A stretch of DNA of 64,000 nucleotides from Candidatus Woesearchaeota archaeon. Its GTDB lineage: Archaea > Nanobdellota > Nanobdellia > Woesearchaeales > GW2011-AR9. The notes under the pieces were generated by a model. It did not search any database. It worked only from the letters and a program-made list of their open reading frames with translations, and was not told where the DNA came from. Positions 20,022 through 28,854 of this stretch are shown piece by piece. Numbering within the stretch: the stretch's first letter is position 1; each line of letters begins with the position of its first letter. The stretch covers positions 160,001 through 224,000 of the forward strand of contig JABHQW010000003.1 in NCBI GenBank assembly GCA_018696595.1, written 5' to 3'. The position numbers and the translations under genes are program-made.

Positions 20022-20412
20022 TTGCCTTAAGTTTCTTAGTTACAGGAATCTTAGCACCACAATGTTCACACTCAATAACATAAGCATCTACGCCTTTGAA
20101 CTTTTTTCTTTTGTAGACACAAGTGCCTTCCCCATCTTTACCACATTCAGGACAAGTATATTGTGCTTCTAATGTTAAAGAGGCTTCGTGTTCAGCTTTT
20201 GGTTCAGTATGGCCACACCCCGGACAAACATATTCCAAAGAACGTGGTTTCGCCCTACCTGTTTTTGGATTCACTGGTTTACCCATTTTAGCTTTTTTAC
20301 ATTTAGGACATTCTTTTCTGTAAACCCAAGCTAGAACATTGCCATTCTCGCCAATACTTCGATTTGTAAAGTATAAACATTCTTCCATTGATTCAGGAGT
20401 TTTTAGTGCCAT
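20002..20412 (-). CDS. Multi-zinc-ribbon protein
   Basis: Four CxxC pairs (CPKC, CPGC, CPEC, CEHC); GGTGA SD-like element before ATG 20412. Confidence 0.8.
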   Translation of the reverse strand: MALKTPESMEECLYFTNRSIGENGNVLAWVYRKECPKCKKAKMGKPVNPKTGRAKPRSLEYVCPGCGHTEPKAEHEASLTLEAQYTCPECGKDGEGTCVYKRKKFKGVDAYVIECEHCGAKIPVTKKLKAIKKKKK

Positions 20413-20451
20413 TTCTTTATTCACCTTTTTCAGTTTTCTGATAATAAAATG

Positions 20452-20712
20452 TTATAAGTAATAAACCTTTCCCCCTAATGAGTTTTTGATTGCTTTAATG
20501 GTATACCCACCAAGATTATCATTGAAAAAATAAACTAATTCTTGCTGACTAGGATTCTCATTACAAGTATCAATAGCCAATAATCTAACATCAAACTTAG
20601 CAACAAATTGTTCTAGATCAGATAAATTAAATGCTAAAGAAGATAGTTGTTCTACCGTTAAAGGATCAATTAATTCTTCGGACAAGATCATCTTATAATC
20701 TCTTAATCTCAA
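20452..20712 (-). CDS. Hypothetical protein
   Basis: 86-aa ORF overlapping the end of the upstream gene. Confidence 0.55.
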   Translation of the reverse strand: MRLRDYKMILSEELIDPLTVEQLSSLAFNLSDLEQFVAKFDVRLLAIDTCNENPSQQELVYFFNDNLGGYTIKAIKNSLGGKVYYL

Positions 20713-21490
20713 TTGAGATTGCTGTTTTATTTATCCGAATGTATCTAGGACATTCAGTAAATTCAAGAGAATTATTCTCGCAGTATTTAATAATCTTTTC
20801 TTTTACATCATCATTATTGAATTCAACAATTACAACAAAACCCAGATGATTTTTGTTGATAACATTGTAATCTTTCAGATCTCCAATAACTTGGGTTCTT
20901 CTTTCTGTTAGAAACTTGATTCTGTTAGGCAAATCATCAATCTTTTCATTAATAGTTTTTAATTTTTCTTCGTCTTCTAAAACTTCAAAAGTATCTTTGA
21001 TTTGGTTGAAGACAGATTCTTCTTTGCAAGAGATGAAACCACCAACTTTTGCTTCAATTAGTTTCCATCTACCAAAAGAAGAAAGCATTACGTCCGCATA
21101 ATCTCCGTTGCATAATTTAGTTCCAATCGCCCCAGAGATGTCTAGAACAACTAAACAATCATTTTCTTTACAGATTTTATAGATTTCTTCCATTTGCTGT
21201 TCAGCGTGATAACCACCAGGATTTTGATATAAGAAAACATCTGCTTCTTTTACTTTCTCTTTTAGATCTTCCAAATCAATGATTGCGTTATTACAAGCAA
21301 CTTTCTCAAAATCAATTCCCATCTTAGCAGGAAACTTCTCATAACTTAACCAACCACCTTCTTCTGGGATTAAAAGTTTCTTTTTCACTAAATGTAACGC
21401 AGACCAGATGGCTTTATCTCCTTTGAGAACTATCTCTATATGATCGTGTTTAGTTAATTCTTTCAGCTTGTTGATTATTTCTTCTTTCAT
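20693..21490 (-). CDS. PLP-dependent fold-type I protein (DegT/DnrJ-like)
   Basis: VVLDISGAIG (PLP Asp) followed by LSSFGRWK (Schiff-base Lys). Confidence 0.65.
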   Translation of the reverse strand: MKEEIINKLKELTKHDHIEIVLKGDKAIWSALHLVKKKLLIPEEGGWLSYEKFPAKMGIDFEKVACNNAIIDLEDLKEKVKEADVFLYQNPGGYHAEQQMEEIYKICKENDCLVVLDISGAIGTKLCNGDYADVMLSSFGRWKLIEAKVGGFISCKEESVFNQIKDTFEVLEDEEKLKTINEKIDDLPNRIKFLTERRTQVIGDLKDYNVINKNHLGFVVIVEFNNDDVKEKIIKYCENNSLEFTECPRYIRINKTAISIEIKRL

Positions 21491-21529
21491 TGAATATAGA
21501 ATTATCTAGTTACTTTATAAAAATAATGG

Positions 21530-21551
21530 AAAAAAAGAAAAGAAAAAAAAA
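21530..21551 (-). terminator. Oligo-T terminator
   Basis: T-tract immediately after the stop of the lipoprotein gene on the minus strand. Confidence 0.55.
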
Positions 21552-22301
21552 CTAACTGGTTTCAGAAGTAGCTAATTCAGTGCAAGTAACCTTTAGCAAT
21601 TCAACATCTATTCCCACTGCAGGAACAATGTTATTACAAAGTTCTGGATTTTTCTTTATCTCTGCTAAACTTACAAAACAAGTAGACGTCGAAAAAGGAT
21701 CATCCATTTTGTTGCAAATAGTTTCGTCTTCCAATAATTCTGCCATTTCCCTGTAACAGTTCTTTTGAGTTACTGCTGAAGCTTCCTCGATAGAAACAGG
21801 CAATTTATCACAAATTGAAATATCTGATTTGGCTTTTGCCAAAGTTAACAAACATTTTTCATTTGTAAACTTAGAAGTAATCTTATCACAAATGGATTCG
21901 TCAAGAGTAACTTCTGCCATTGCTAAGAAACAATTATTCTTATTTAATTCTGAATCAATTAACTCACAAAAACTAGAATCCTTTTTAATAGTGGCTAAAC
22001 AATTATTCTTGATATTATTTTCAGTGATTTGATTACATAGCTTTTCATCGGAAGAGGAAAGGGCAATCTTATTTATACAAGAATTTTTCATTAACTCGTC
22101 TACCTTACCACAAACATCTACATTCCCGGTTGTTTCAGCTAAATCAAAATAACAATTTAAATTGTCTAACTTACCGGTCAACAGATCACATTTTTGGTAT
22201 TCTGATTCTAAATCAACCTCCACAACATCTTCAGCAGGACTACAACCAACAATAAACATTGCAATTACTAATAAACTTAAGAAAACAATTATCTTTTTCA
22301 T
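21552..22301 (-). CDS. Lipoprotein with Cys-rich helical repeats
   Basis: MKKIIVFLSLLVIAMFIVG/C lipobox; repeated C-x9-11-C units. Confidence 0.8.
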   Translation of the reverse strand: MKKIIVFLSLLVIAMFIVGCSPAEDVVEVDLESEYQKCDLLTGKLDNLNCYFDLAETTGNVDVCGKVDELMKNSCINKIALSSSDEKLCNQITENNIKNNCLATIKKDSSFCELIDSELNKNNCFLAMAEVTLDESICDKITSKFTNEKCLLTLAKAKSDISICDKLPVSIEEASAVTQKNCYREMAELLEDETICNKMDDPFSTSTCFVSLAEIKKNPELCNNIVPAVGIDVELLKVTCTELATSETS

Positions 22302-22358
22302 ATATATCAACCCCTATTTTTAAATTAAGTTAAGTTAATATTTTATTATTAATAAAGG

Positions 22359-22988
22359 TTACGTAAACCAACTAATGATAGTATAAAAACGAAACTGTTG
22401 TGCTAAATTCAAAGGTAATGTGGACCGATATAACCATATACCTATTATCGCCAGTATTAAAAAAGTTCCAATGATACTAATAATTAAACCATATCTCCTA
22501 ATGTTCTTAGGTTTAAAATATAAAATAATGCCAGATGCACTAAGCCCCAAACCAAATAATCCAATTACCAAAATAACCAAAGCCCCAAGATAAGATTTCT
22601 TCCAACCAAGAAACCATGAAGTCTGTGCCACCCACAAAAAGAAAGAAAAAATCAAACTTCCAAGCCCGCATAAAAAACTCCAGATTCCAAAATTAATTCT
22701 TTTCTTCTTATTAATCTTTTTAGGTTTCTTAACTAATTTTCCATTCTTTCTATCCTGAACATAACTATAAACATGGTAAACAATGTAAAAAAAAGTATAA
22801 GCTACTAAAAGTGGAAACAAGAAAAACCCAAAATTATCCAAAATCCGGCTAATAACAGTACATTCATTGATAAAACCACATTCAGATCTTTTTGTTGCTT
22901 GTGTATAGATTAAAAATAAATTAATTACATAAAACGAAACTAGAACGTACCATTTCAACGAAAATAATTTCTTAATTTTCGGATTCAT
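22359..22988 (-). CDS. Membrane protein
   Basis: About 5 hydrophobic segments. Confidence 0.65.
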   Translation of the reverse strand: MNPKIKKLFSLKWYVLVSFYVINLFLIYTQATKRSECGFINECTVISRILDNFGFFLFPLLVAYTFFYIVYHVYSYVQDRKNGKLVKKPKKINKKKRINFGIWSFLCGLGSLIFSFFLWVAQTSWFLGWKKSYLGALVILVIGLFGLGLSASGIILYFKPKNIRRYGLIISIIGTFLILAIIGIWLYRSTLPLNLAQQFRFYTIISWFT

Positions 22989-23012
22989 TTATACACCTTT
23001 TTTTAATTTTTA

Positions 23013-23306
23013 TCATGCAGCACTTTTGATAAATATGTTAAGTATGAGTAAAACATCTAAAATAATTCCCAGAATACTAAGTATTAATGCCCATTTCTTT
23101 TTTTCAGAAGAAATACTATACAAAACAATTCCAAGAAATCCCAGAAGTAGACCTAACAATAAACCAAAAATAATTAGATTACCTAAACTATACATCAATC
23201 TTGTTACTCTTAAAACAATAAACAATAACAAAAACAAAAATGGAGCAACAATACTTCCAATACCACACCTCAAACTCCATTTCCCATAATCTTTTTTCTC
23301 AATCAC
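23013..23306 (-). CDS. Small membrane protein
   Basis: Three hydrophobic segments; GTG start overlaps the stop of the site-2 protease gene. Confidence 0.6.
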   Translation of the reverse strand: MIEKKDYGKWSLRCGIGSIVAPFLFLLLFIVLRVTRLMYSLGNLIIFGLLLGLLLGFLGIVLYSISSEKKKWALILSILGIILDVLLILNIFIKSAA

Positions 23307-24442
23307 TTTTGTTTATGTTTCCTCTTCTTAACCTTACCCAACTTGCCAAACTTAAATTCCCACACTAACCGATGCATTACAGATTTCTTAGAAACAACAC
23401 CTAAAACTTTTTTACCATCCATTACAGGAAGAATCTCCAGCCCAGTTTCAGCAAACTTTCTAAAAGCAGTATAAGCACTATCCTTTGAACCTAAAGTCTT
23501 AATCTGATGTAAAGGGATAGAAACTTGTTTCAGTTTAATCATTTCTTGCATTTTTACAGGCATCTTATTGATCTGTTTCAAATCTATTATACCAACAAAC
23601 CCCTTTCCCTTAACAATAAACACTTCTTCATCTTTATTAGCGTACTTCTTAACAAAATCAACGAACTTCATTGAAGGAGAAAGTTTAGCATACTTTTTCT
23701 TAAGTAATTCTTTAACACGAATATCTGCAAGAACTTCTCTCATCGCCACTTGTTCATAACTAGCACCAGCAATAAAGAATAAGAACCCCCCTAAGAAAAC
23801 AAACCATAACCCTGCACCAATCCCATTAAATAATCCAATAACACCTAAAACTATCAAGAATCCAGCAAAGAATTTCCCAATACTAACCGCAATCTTTGTC
23901 GCTTTTCTCAAATCTTTAAAATACCAATAAAGAATTGCTCTGAAAGCTCGACCACCATCTAAAGGAAATGCTGGGATTGAATTGAATACGGCCAAGATCA
24001 AATTTAATTGATACAAATAAAAACTAATCGCAGTAATAAATACACTAAAACCATTCTGGTTAACTAAATAAAATACTCCAGCCAACAATAAAGAAAATAT
24101 GGGCCCAGCAATCGCCATTTGAAATTCTGAACTTGGTTTCATATCTTCACGAGTAATTCCAGCGACACCACCAAAAAAGAATAATGTGATTGATTCAACT
24201 TTAATCCGTTTAGCTTTAGCAACTAATGAATGTGATAACTCATGTAATAAAACTGAAACAAATAATAGTAAAGAAGCAGTTATGCCCATCGACCAATACA
24301 TCTCTTTAGACAGATCTGGAAAGAATTCTGGAAAAAAGCTAGCAGATAAACTCCAAGCTAGTAAAGCAAACACAAACCACCAAGTGAAATGTAATTTTAT
24401 ATCTATCCCAAATATTCTAAACAGCTTAGTCGAACCTCTCAT
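23303..24442 (-). CDS. Site-2 protease (M50 family) with CBS domains
   Basis: HELSH, NSIPAFPLDGGR and a C-terminal CBS pair. Confidence 0.93.
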   Translation of the reverse strand: MRGSTKLFRIFGIDIKLHFTWWFVFALLAWSLSASFFPEFFPDLSKEMYWSMGITASLLLFVSVLLHELSHSLVAKAKRIKVESITLFFFGGVAGITREDMKPSSEFQMAIAGPIFSLLLAGVFYLVNQNGFSVFITAISFYLYQLNLILAVFNSIPAFPLDGGRAFRAILYWYFKDLRKATKIAVSIGKFFAGFLIVLGVIGLFNGIGAGLWFVFLGGFLFFIAGASYEQVAMREVLADIRVKELLKKKYAKLSPSMKFVDFVKKYANKDEEVFIVKGKGFVGIIDLKQINKMPVKMQEMIKLKQVSIPLHQIKTLGSKDSAYTAFRKFAETGLEILPVMDGKKVLGVVSKKSVMHRLVWEFKFGKLGKVKKRKHKQK

Positions 24443-24519
24443 TAAGAAGAATTATTATTTTTAATTATATAAATGTTTGTTTTAAAGAAAAAAAAGAAAA
24501 AAAGAAAAAAAGGTTTATT
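24382..24519. repeat. Direct repeat copy 1 (S2P 5' end + promoter + terminator)
   Basis: Near-identical to 25832-25959 apart from small indels and substitutions. Confidence 0.9.
24484..24511 (-). terminator. Oligo-T terminator
   Basis: T-tracts interrupted by single C residues, 6 nt after the lipoprotein stop. Confidence 0.6.
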
Positions 24520-25750
24520 ATGGACAACCAGCACCAGCAATTTCTCCAACCATCTCCCAACCGGAATTAGTATCACATTTAGGAACTCCGTCAGAAATCC
24601 AACCAAATTTTTTCATTGTACCATTTGCTTCACAGATTGGTATGCCACATTCCTTACATAACGGTTTTTGATAATACGAATTGAAACCTTCTCCAGCCTC
24701 ATAACAGGTCCCGTTATTTTCGTAAAGAGGACGACAATCCTTAGGGATTTCAAACTCTTCCCCAGGGAAACAAGAACTACTAGTAAGATTAACAAAGTTA
24801 TCCCCGTCACAATAAGTATCAATTTGTCCTATATTACAACATCCTGTACCCTCCAAACAATAGTTTTCGGTAGGCCCACAGTATTGATCTGTTTCATAAG
24901 TACTACAACTTTGGTTGTAGTATTCTGTATACGCAAGCCAATAACCATATGGTTTTTTACAAGTAATCTCTCCAGTTGCTTGACCTTGTTCACAATTAGG
25001 TGATTCTACACAAACACTATCTACACAAGTTCCGCTTTCGCAAACCACACCACAAGCACCACAATTATTAGAGTCTGTTGCAATATAATTATCACAAGCT
25101 AAACTACCATCATTATCTTGACAGTTCTTCCAGCCATTATCACAAGCACAGTTGGCCCCATTAGTACTATCAGAATTTACAAGGCAGTATGAATTTATAC
25201 CACAATCTTGCTCAAAACCACCACAATTTTCATTGGTTGTACAATAAGCAGTCACAATCATTTCTATCCCTTGATTAGCATAATTATAATATTCTTCTTC
25301 ATTAAGAACAACTTTGCCATCGACAGTAACAACTGTTTTATCAACCCAACCGTCCCCGTCATTATCTACTCCATCACAAATTTCAGCTTGAACACAAGTG
25401 CCAGCAGCAATATCACACCCATTCTCGCAAGCTAACCAAGATCGAGAAATAGTATTTCCACTTCTACCAGAATTACAATAATATTCTACAATTTTTCCTT
25501 TATAACATCGATCCGTATAAGGACCATAATCTTTTCCATATCTTGTAAAAGTTAAACTTCCTTTTACAAATACGCTAGAGTCAGCATCAGGACTTTTATC
25601 ACAAGAATCTACAGGGGAAAAAGAAGCCTGTCCGGCAAGAGCACCAGAGTCTCCTTCAAAACCTTCCTCTGCAGGAAGTTCTTCAGCACAACCAACAATA
25701 AACATTGCTATAACAAGCAGAATCAACATAATTAAAACATTTCTTTTCAT
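24518..25750 (-). CDS. Cys-rich lipoprotein (paralogue 1) with a MopE-like EICDGxDNDxDG repeat
   Basis: Lipobox VIAMFIVG/C, ALAGQA, AEICDGVDNDGDGWVD, NNCGACGVVC; SD-like GAGTGAT before ATG 25750. Confidence 0.8.
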   Translation of the reverse strand: MKRNVLIMLILLVIAMFIVGCAEELPAEEGFEGDSGALAGQASFSPVDSCDKSPDADSSVFVKGSLTFTRYGKDYGPYTDRCYKGKIVEYYCNSGRSGNTISRSWLACENGCDIAAGTCVQAEICDGVDNDGDGWVDKTVVTVDGKVVLNEEEYYNYANQGIEMIVTAYCTTNENCGGFEQDCGINSYCLVNSDSTNGANCACDNGWKNCQDNDGSLACDNYIATDSNNCGACGVVCESGTCVDSVCVESPNCEQGQATGEITCKKPYGYWLAYTEYYNQSCSTYETDQYCGPTENYCLEGTGCCNIGQIDTYCDGDNFVNLTSSSCFPGEEFEIPKDCRPLYENNGTCYEAGEGFNSYYQKPLCKECGIPICEANGTMKKFGWISDGVPKCDTNSGWEMVGEIAGAGCP

Positions 25751-25808
25751 TTTCACATCACTCCTCATTTTTTACTAAATTAAATTAAATTAAGTAGACT
25801 TTATTCCT

Positions 25809-25883
25809 TTATAACTTTTCCCCTATCATAAAAGTGAAAAGTAATTTTATATCTATCTTAAAAATCTTAGTTGAACCTCTCAC
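25809..25883 (-). pseudogene. Remnant of the site-2 protease 5' end
   Basis: Reads VRGSTKIFKIDIKLLFT versus MRGSTKLFRIFGIDIKLHFT, and stops after 24 codons. Confidence 0.7.
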
Positions 25884-25959
25884 TAAAAAGAATTATTTTT
25901 TTAATTATATAAATGTTTGTTTTAAAGAAAAAAAAGAAAAAAAGAAAAAAAGGTTTATT
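25832..25959. repeat. Direct repeat copy 2
   Basis: Matches 24382-24519. Confidence 0.9.
25924..25951 (-). terminator. Oligo-T terminator
   Basis: Same tract as 24484-24511, after the stop of paralogue 2. Confidence 0.6.
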
Positions 25960-27631
25960 CAATCAGACTACAGTCTCCACCCTCACACAAGTAACCATCT
26001 GGACACCCCTCACCAGGATAATATTGATAACCAAATCCATTTTCATTACAAATTGTAGTGTTATAATTATATGTATTATAATTTGCATAACATTCTATGG
26101 ACGTATCTCCTGGATTACAAGGATCCTGACAACCGGCTTCATTGTTCACGATTTCACAAACGAGAGGTTCTCCACTAATTGGACTGATTTTACTAGAACA
26201 ATCAGTAACAAAAGTTGTATTCACCCCTGGACAATCGTAGATGTTTGTGAAAATGTAATTATCTCCTTCACAACTATACTTATACTCTTTATGTTTACAA
26301 CATCCGAACCCATCTAAACAATTATGTGGTTGAGACCCATAACCACAGAATTTATCTTGTTCATAAGTACTACAATTTTGGTTGTAATATGTAAGAGTCG
26401 CATAAGTTTTTGGCCCTTTTGTCCCACAAGTAATCTCTCCAGTTGCTTGACCTTGTTCACAACCAGGTTTTTCCACAGCAACACAATTATTAGCCTCACA
26501 ACTATAATCTGAAGGACATTCTAAACCCCCCTCATACTGTTGATAATTACAGTTAACTGTTCCACCACAACCATCATCAATAATGCCACATTCTTTGATT
26601 CCCCCTGCATAATCTTGATAAATACATTCTTTTGGAACACACTCAGCACAAACATGTTTAATGTCAAAATCACCAACAAGAGCATTAGAAGCATTAACAA
26701 AGTTGTAAGTGATTCCCCCATGCTTCAAATTAAAAATTACTTCCCAAGAATTGTCATTAAAACTTAATGGCCTTGTATGTGTGTCCCCAGTTTGAAAATC
26801 CTTAAACAGTATATTCTTACCATAAAGGTCATCAACTTCATCTGCACCTTTATACCCAAACACGTTCCCGTCAGCAGTAATAAAGTTTCCTTTATGTTTG
26901 ATTATAGTATTCTCAGTACAATCTCCCAACTCAATTGGAATTTGTTCTACACATTCAACTTCATCAGCTGCACAATCACTTTTACAGGAAGACCACAAAT
27001 CATCACAATTGTTTTCTCCTTCTTCTTCACAGTCATATAAATCTTCACCACAATCTTTCTCACACTTCTGAAGAGCTGCAGTACATTCTGCGGTATTAAC
27101 CTTTGCAACACAAACTCCCTCAGCATTACATTTGTAATCTGATCCACATTGACTATCAGAACTACACTTACAAGCCCAAGCAACATAATTCTTAGTCATC
27201 GGGTTTTTAATGTCTCCGTATTGAAGTTTAAGTGGTACACTAACAAACTCATTACAACCATGATTGCTTACTTTACTATAATCAACAGAAGGTAAATCTC
27301 CAGAGCAACGTCGCTCATAAAATTTATTTTTTCTACCATTGTAATAATCTGTCTTTGAAAAAACTTTTTGAACACCATACTTTTCTTTAAGTACAGTAAT
27401 GTAACCAGGAACATAGATATTACTTCCACCGTCTGAATCTTCACAAGAGACATAAGTGGTGCTTCTTATTTTAGTTGCCTGACCAGCCATTGCTTCGCCT
27501 TCTTCTTCATCAAATCCTTCTGGGAATTCCATGTCATCCGGATCAACTTCTTCATCAACTTCTGAACCACAACCAACAATAAACATTGCCATAACAAGCA
27601 TACTTAATAGAATTAAAAAATTTTTTTTCAT
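25955..27631 (-). CDS. Cys-rich lipoprotein (paralogue 2)
   Basis: Lipobox VMAMFIVG/C, AMAGQA, CEDSDGGSNIYVPG module, and CEQGQATGEITC shared with paralogue 1. Confidence 0.8.
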   Translation of the reverse strand: MKKNFLILLSMLVMAMFIVGCGSEVDEEVDPDDMEFPEGFDEEEGEAMAGQATKIRSTTYVSCEDSDGGSNIYVPGYITVLKEKYGVQKVFSKTDYYNGRKNKFYERRCSGDLPSVDYSKVSNHGCNEFVSVPLKLQYGDIKNPMTKNYVAWACKCSSDSQCGSDYKCNAEGVCVAKVNTAECTAALQKCEKDCGEDLYDCEEEGENNCDDLWSSCKSDCAADEVECVEQIPIELGDCTENTIIKHKGNFITADGNVFGYKGADEVDDLYGKNILFKDFQTGDTHTRPLSFNDNSWEVIFNLKHGGITYNFVNASNALVGDFDIKHVCAECVPKECIYQDYAGGIKECGIIDDGCGGTVNCNYQQYEGGLECPSDYSCEANNCVAVEKPGCEQGQATGEITCGTKGPKTYATLTYYNQNCSTYEQDKFCGYGSQPHNCLDGFGCCKHKEYKYSCEGDNYIFTNIYDCPGVNTTFVTDCSSKISPISGEPLVCEIVNNEAGCQDPCNPGDTSIECYANYNTYNYNTTICNENGFGYQYYPGEGCPDGYLCEGGDCSLIE

Positions 27632-27719
27632 TTTCACATCAACCTCATTTTTTACCAAATTTTAAATTAAATTAAATTAAATTAAATTAAGTAAACTTAA
27701 TTCCTTTATAACTTTTTCC

Positions 27720-28436
27720 TTACCCTATAGTATAAACCATTTCCTGAATGCCACCAGCATAAGCCTGGTAAGTGATTTCAATAATGTTTAATTTAACCCC
27801 ACCATAAGTCAGATTTTCACCCATAGCAACAAAATTACTTTTGTGATCGTCAATGATAATTCTTGCCCCTTCTTCACTCAGAATATAAAGAGTAACATTA
27901 TGTTCAACATCACCAACAGTAATTTGGGTAGTCTCACCAACTTTCAAAAGAAGAGTAGGGTTTTCTGCTTCTTCATCATCATCAACGGGTTCAACAACTT
28001 CAACAGGTTCTGTATAATTCTCTGGCATAGGATTACATTTCCCATCTAAACAACCAAAATCACAATCTTCTTTCTTAATCCAACCACAATCTTCTTTTTT
28101 ATAACCTCTACGAGATTCGTCAATACATTTAAATCCAACATCACAAACTTCTGCTGGCTTACAAACACCATCAACACAAGAAGTTTTACAATCTTTTTTA
28201 TCGCCAAAAGTACAATCAGAATTCCGATAAACCATTTTATCGCTACTTAGACAAACCCAACCAGCTTGACAATCTCCTGCAACTTCAGTTTCAGATTCTT
28301 CATTAGAATCATTAACCGCATCAACATCAACAGAATCATCAGTTTCATTAGTATCATCTTCAACAGAGTCACAAGAAACAAGTAATAAACTAAAAATAAA
28401 AACCATAAATAATAAAATTATTTTTTTAATCATCAT
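27720..28436 (-). CDS. Cys-rich lipoprotein
   Basis: LLLVS/C lipobox; two C-x2-G-x2-C...C-x3-C-x2-G-x-C repeats. Confidence 0.75.
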   Translation of the reverse strand: MMIKKIILLFMVFIFSLLLVSCDSVEDDTNETDDSVDVDAVNDSNEESETEVAGDCQAGWVCLSSDKMVYRNSDCTFGDKKDCKTSCVDGVCKPAEVCDVGFKCIDESRRGYKKEDCGWIKKEDCDFGCLDGKCNPMPENYTEPVEVVEPVDDDEEAENPTLLLKVGETTQITVGDVEHNVTLYILSEEGARIIIDDHKSNFVAMGENLTYGGVKLNIIEITYQAYAGGIQEMVYTIG

Positions 28437-28527
28437 TAAAACACCCCTTTTAATATTTAAAGTAATATTTTGTCATTTATATTTGTTTTGGAAAAGTTAA
28501 TTAAAGAAACCCTTGTTCAAACAATTT

Positions 28528-28854
28528 ATGTTTTGTAAAACCTGCGGCTCTTTACTAAGACCAAAAACTACTCCTTACGGAAAATGGATGGCTTGCCCTA
28601 ATGGGCATTCTCAACCAAAACTAAATCAAGAAGACACTAAACTTCAAACCAAAAACACAAACGAAGGAAAATTATTAGAAGTTAATCTAGGAGAGAACCC
28701 CTTATCTGTGCATGACCATATCTGTCCAAGATGTGGACATAACAAAGCAGAACTGATTGAAATTAGTGCAAACTATTCTGACGAAGATAACATTTACAGA
28801 ATGAAATGTGGCAAATGCAGTTTTGTTGTCCAGTTAGAAGGTAAGACCACTTAA
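28528..28854 (+). CDS. tfs: Transcription factor S / RpoM-like protein
   Basis: N-terminal FCKTCGSLL ribbon; C-terminal CPRCGH...SDE...CGKC ribbon. Confidence 0.8.
   Translation: MFCKTCGSLLRPKTTPYGKWMACPNGHSQPKLNQEDTKLQTKNTNEGKLLEVNLGENPLSVHDHICPRCGHNKAELIEISANYSDEDNIYRMKCGKCSFVVQLEGKTT

Noticed and set aside
24473-26317. Plus-strand ORFs beginning MFVLKKKKKKRKKGL (two copies)
   Set aside because: They are antisense read-outs of the duplicated oligo-T terminator and the lipoprotein genes.
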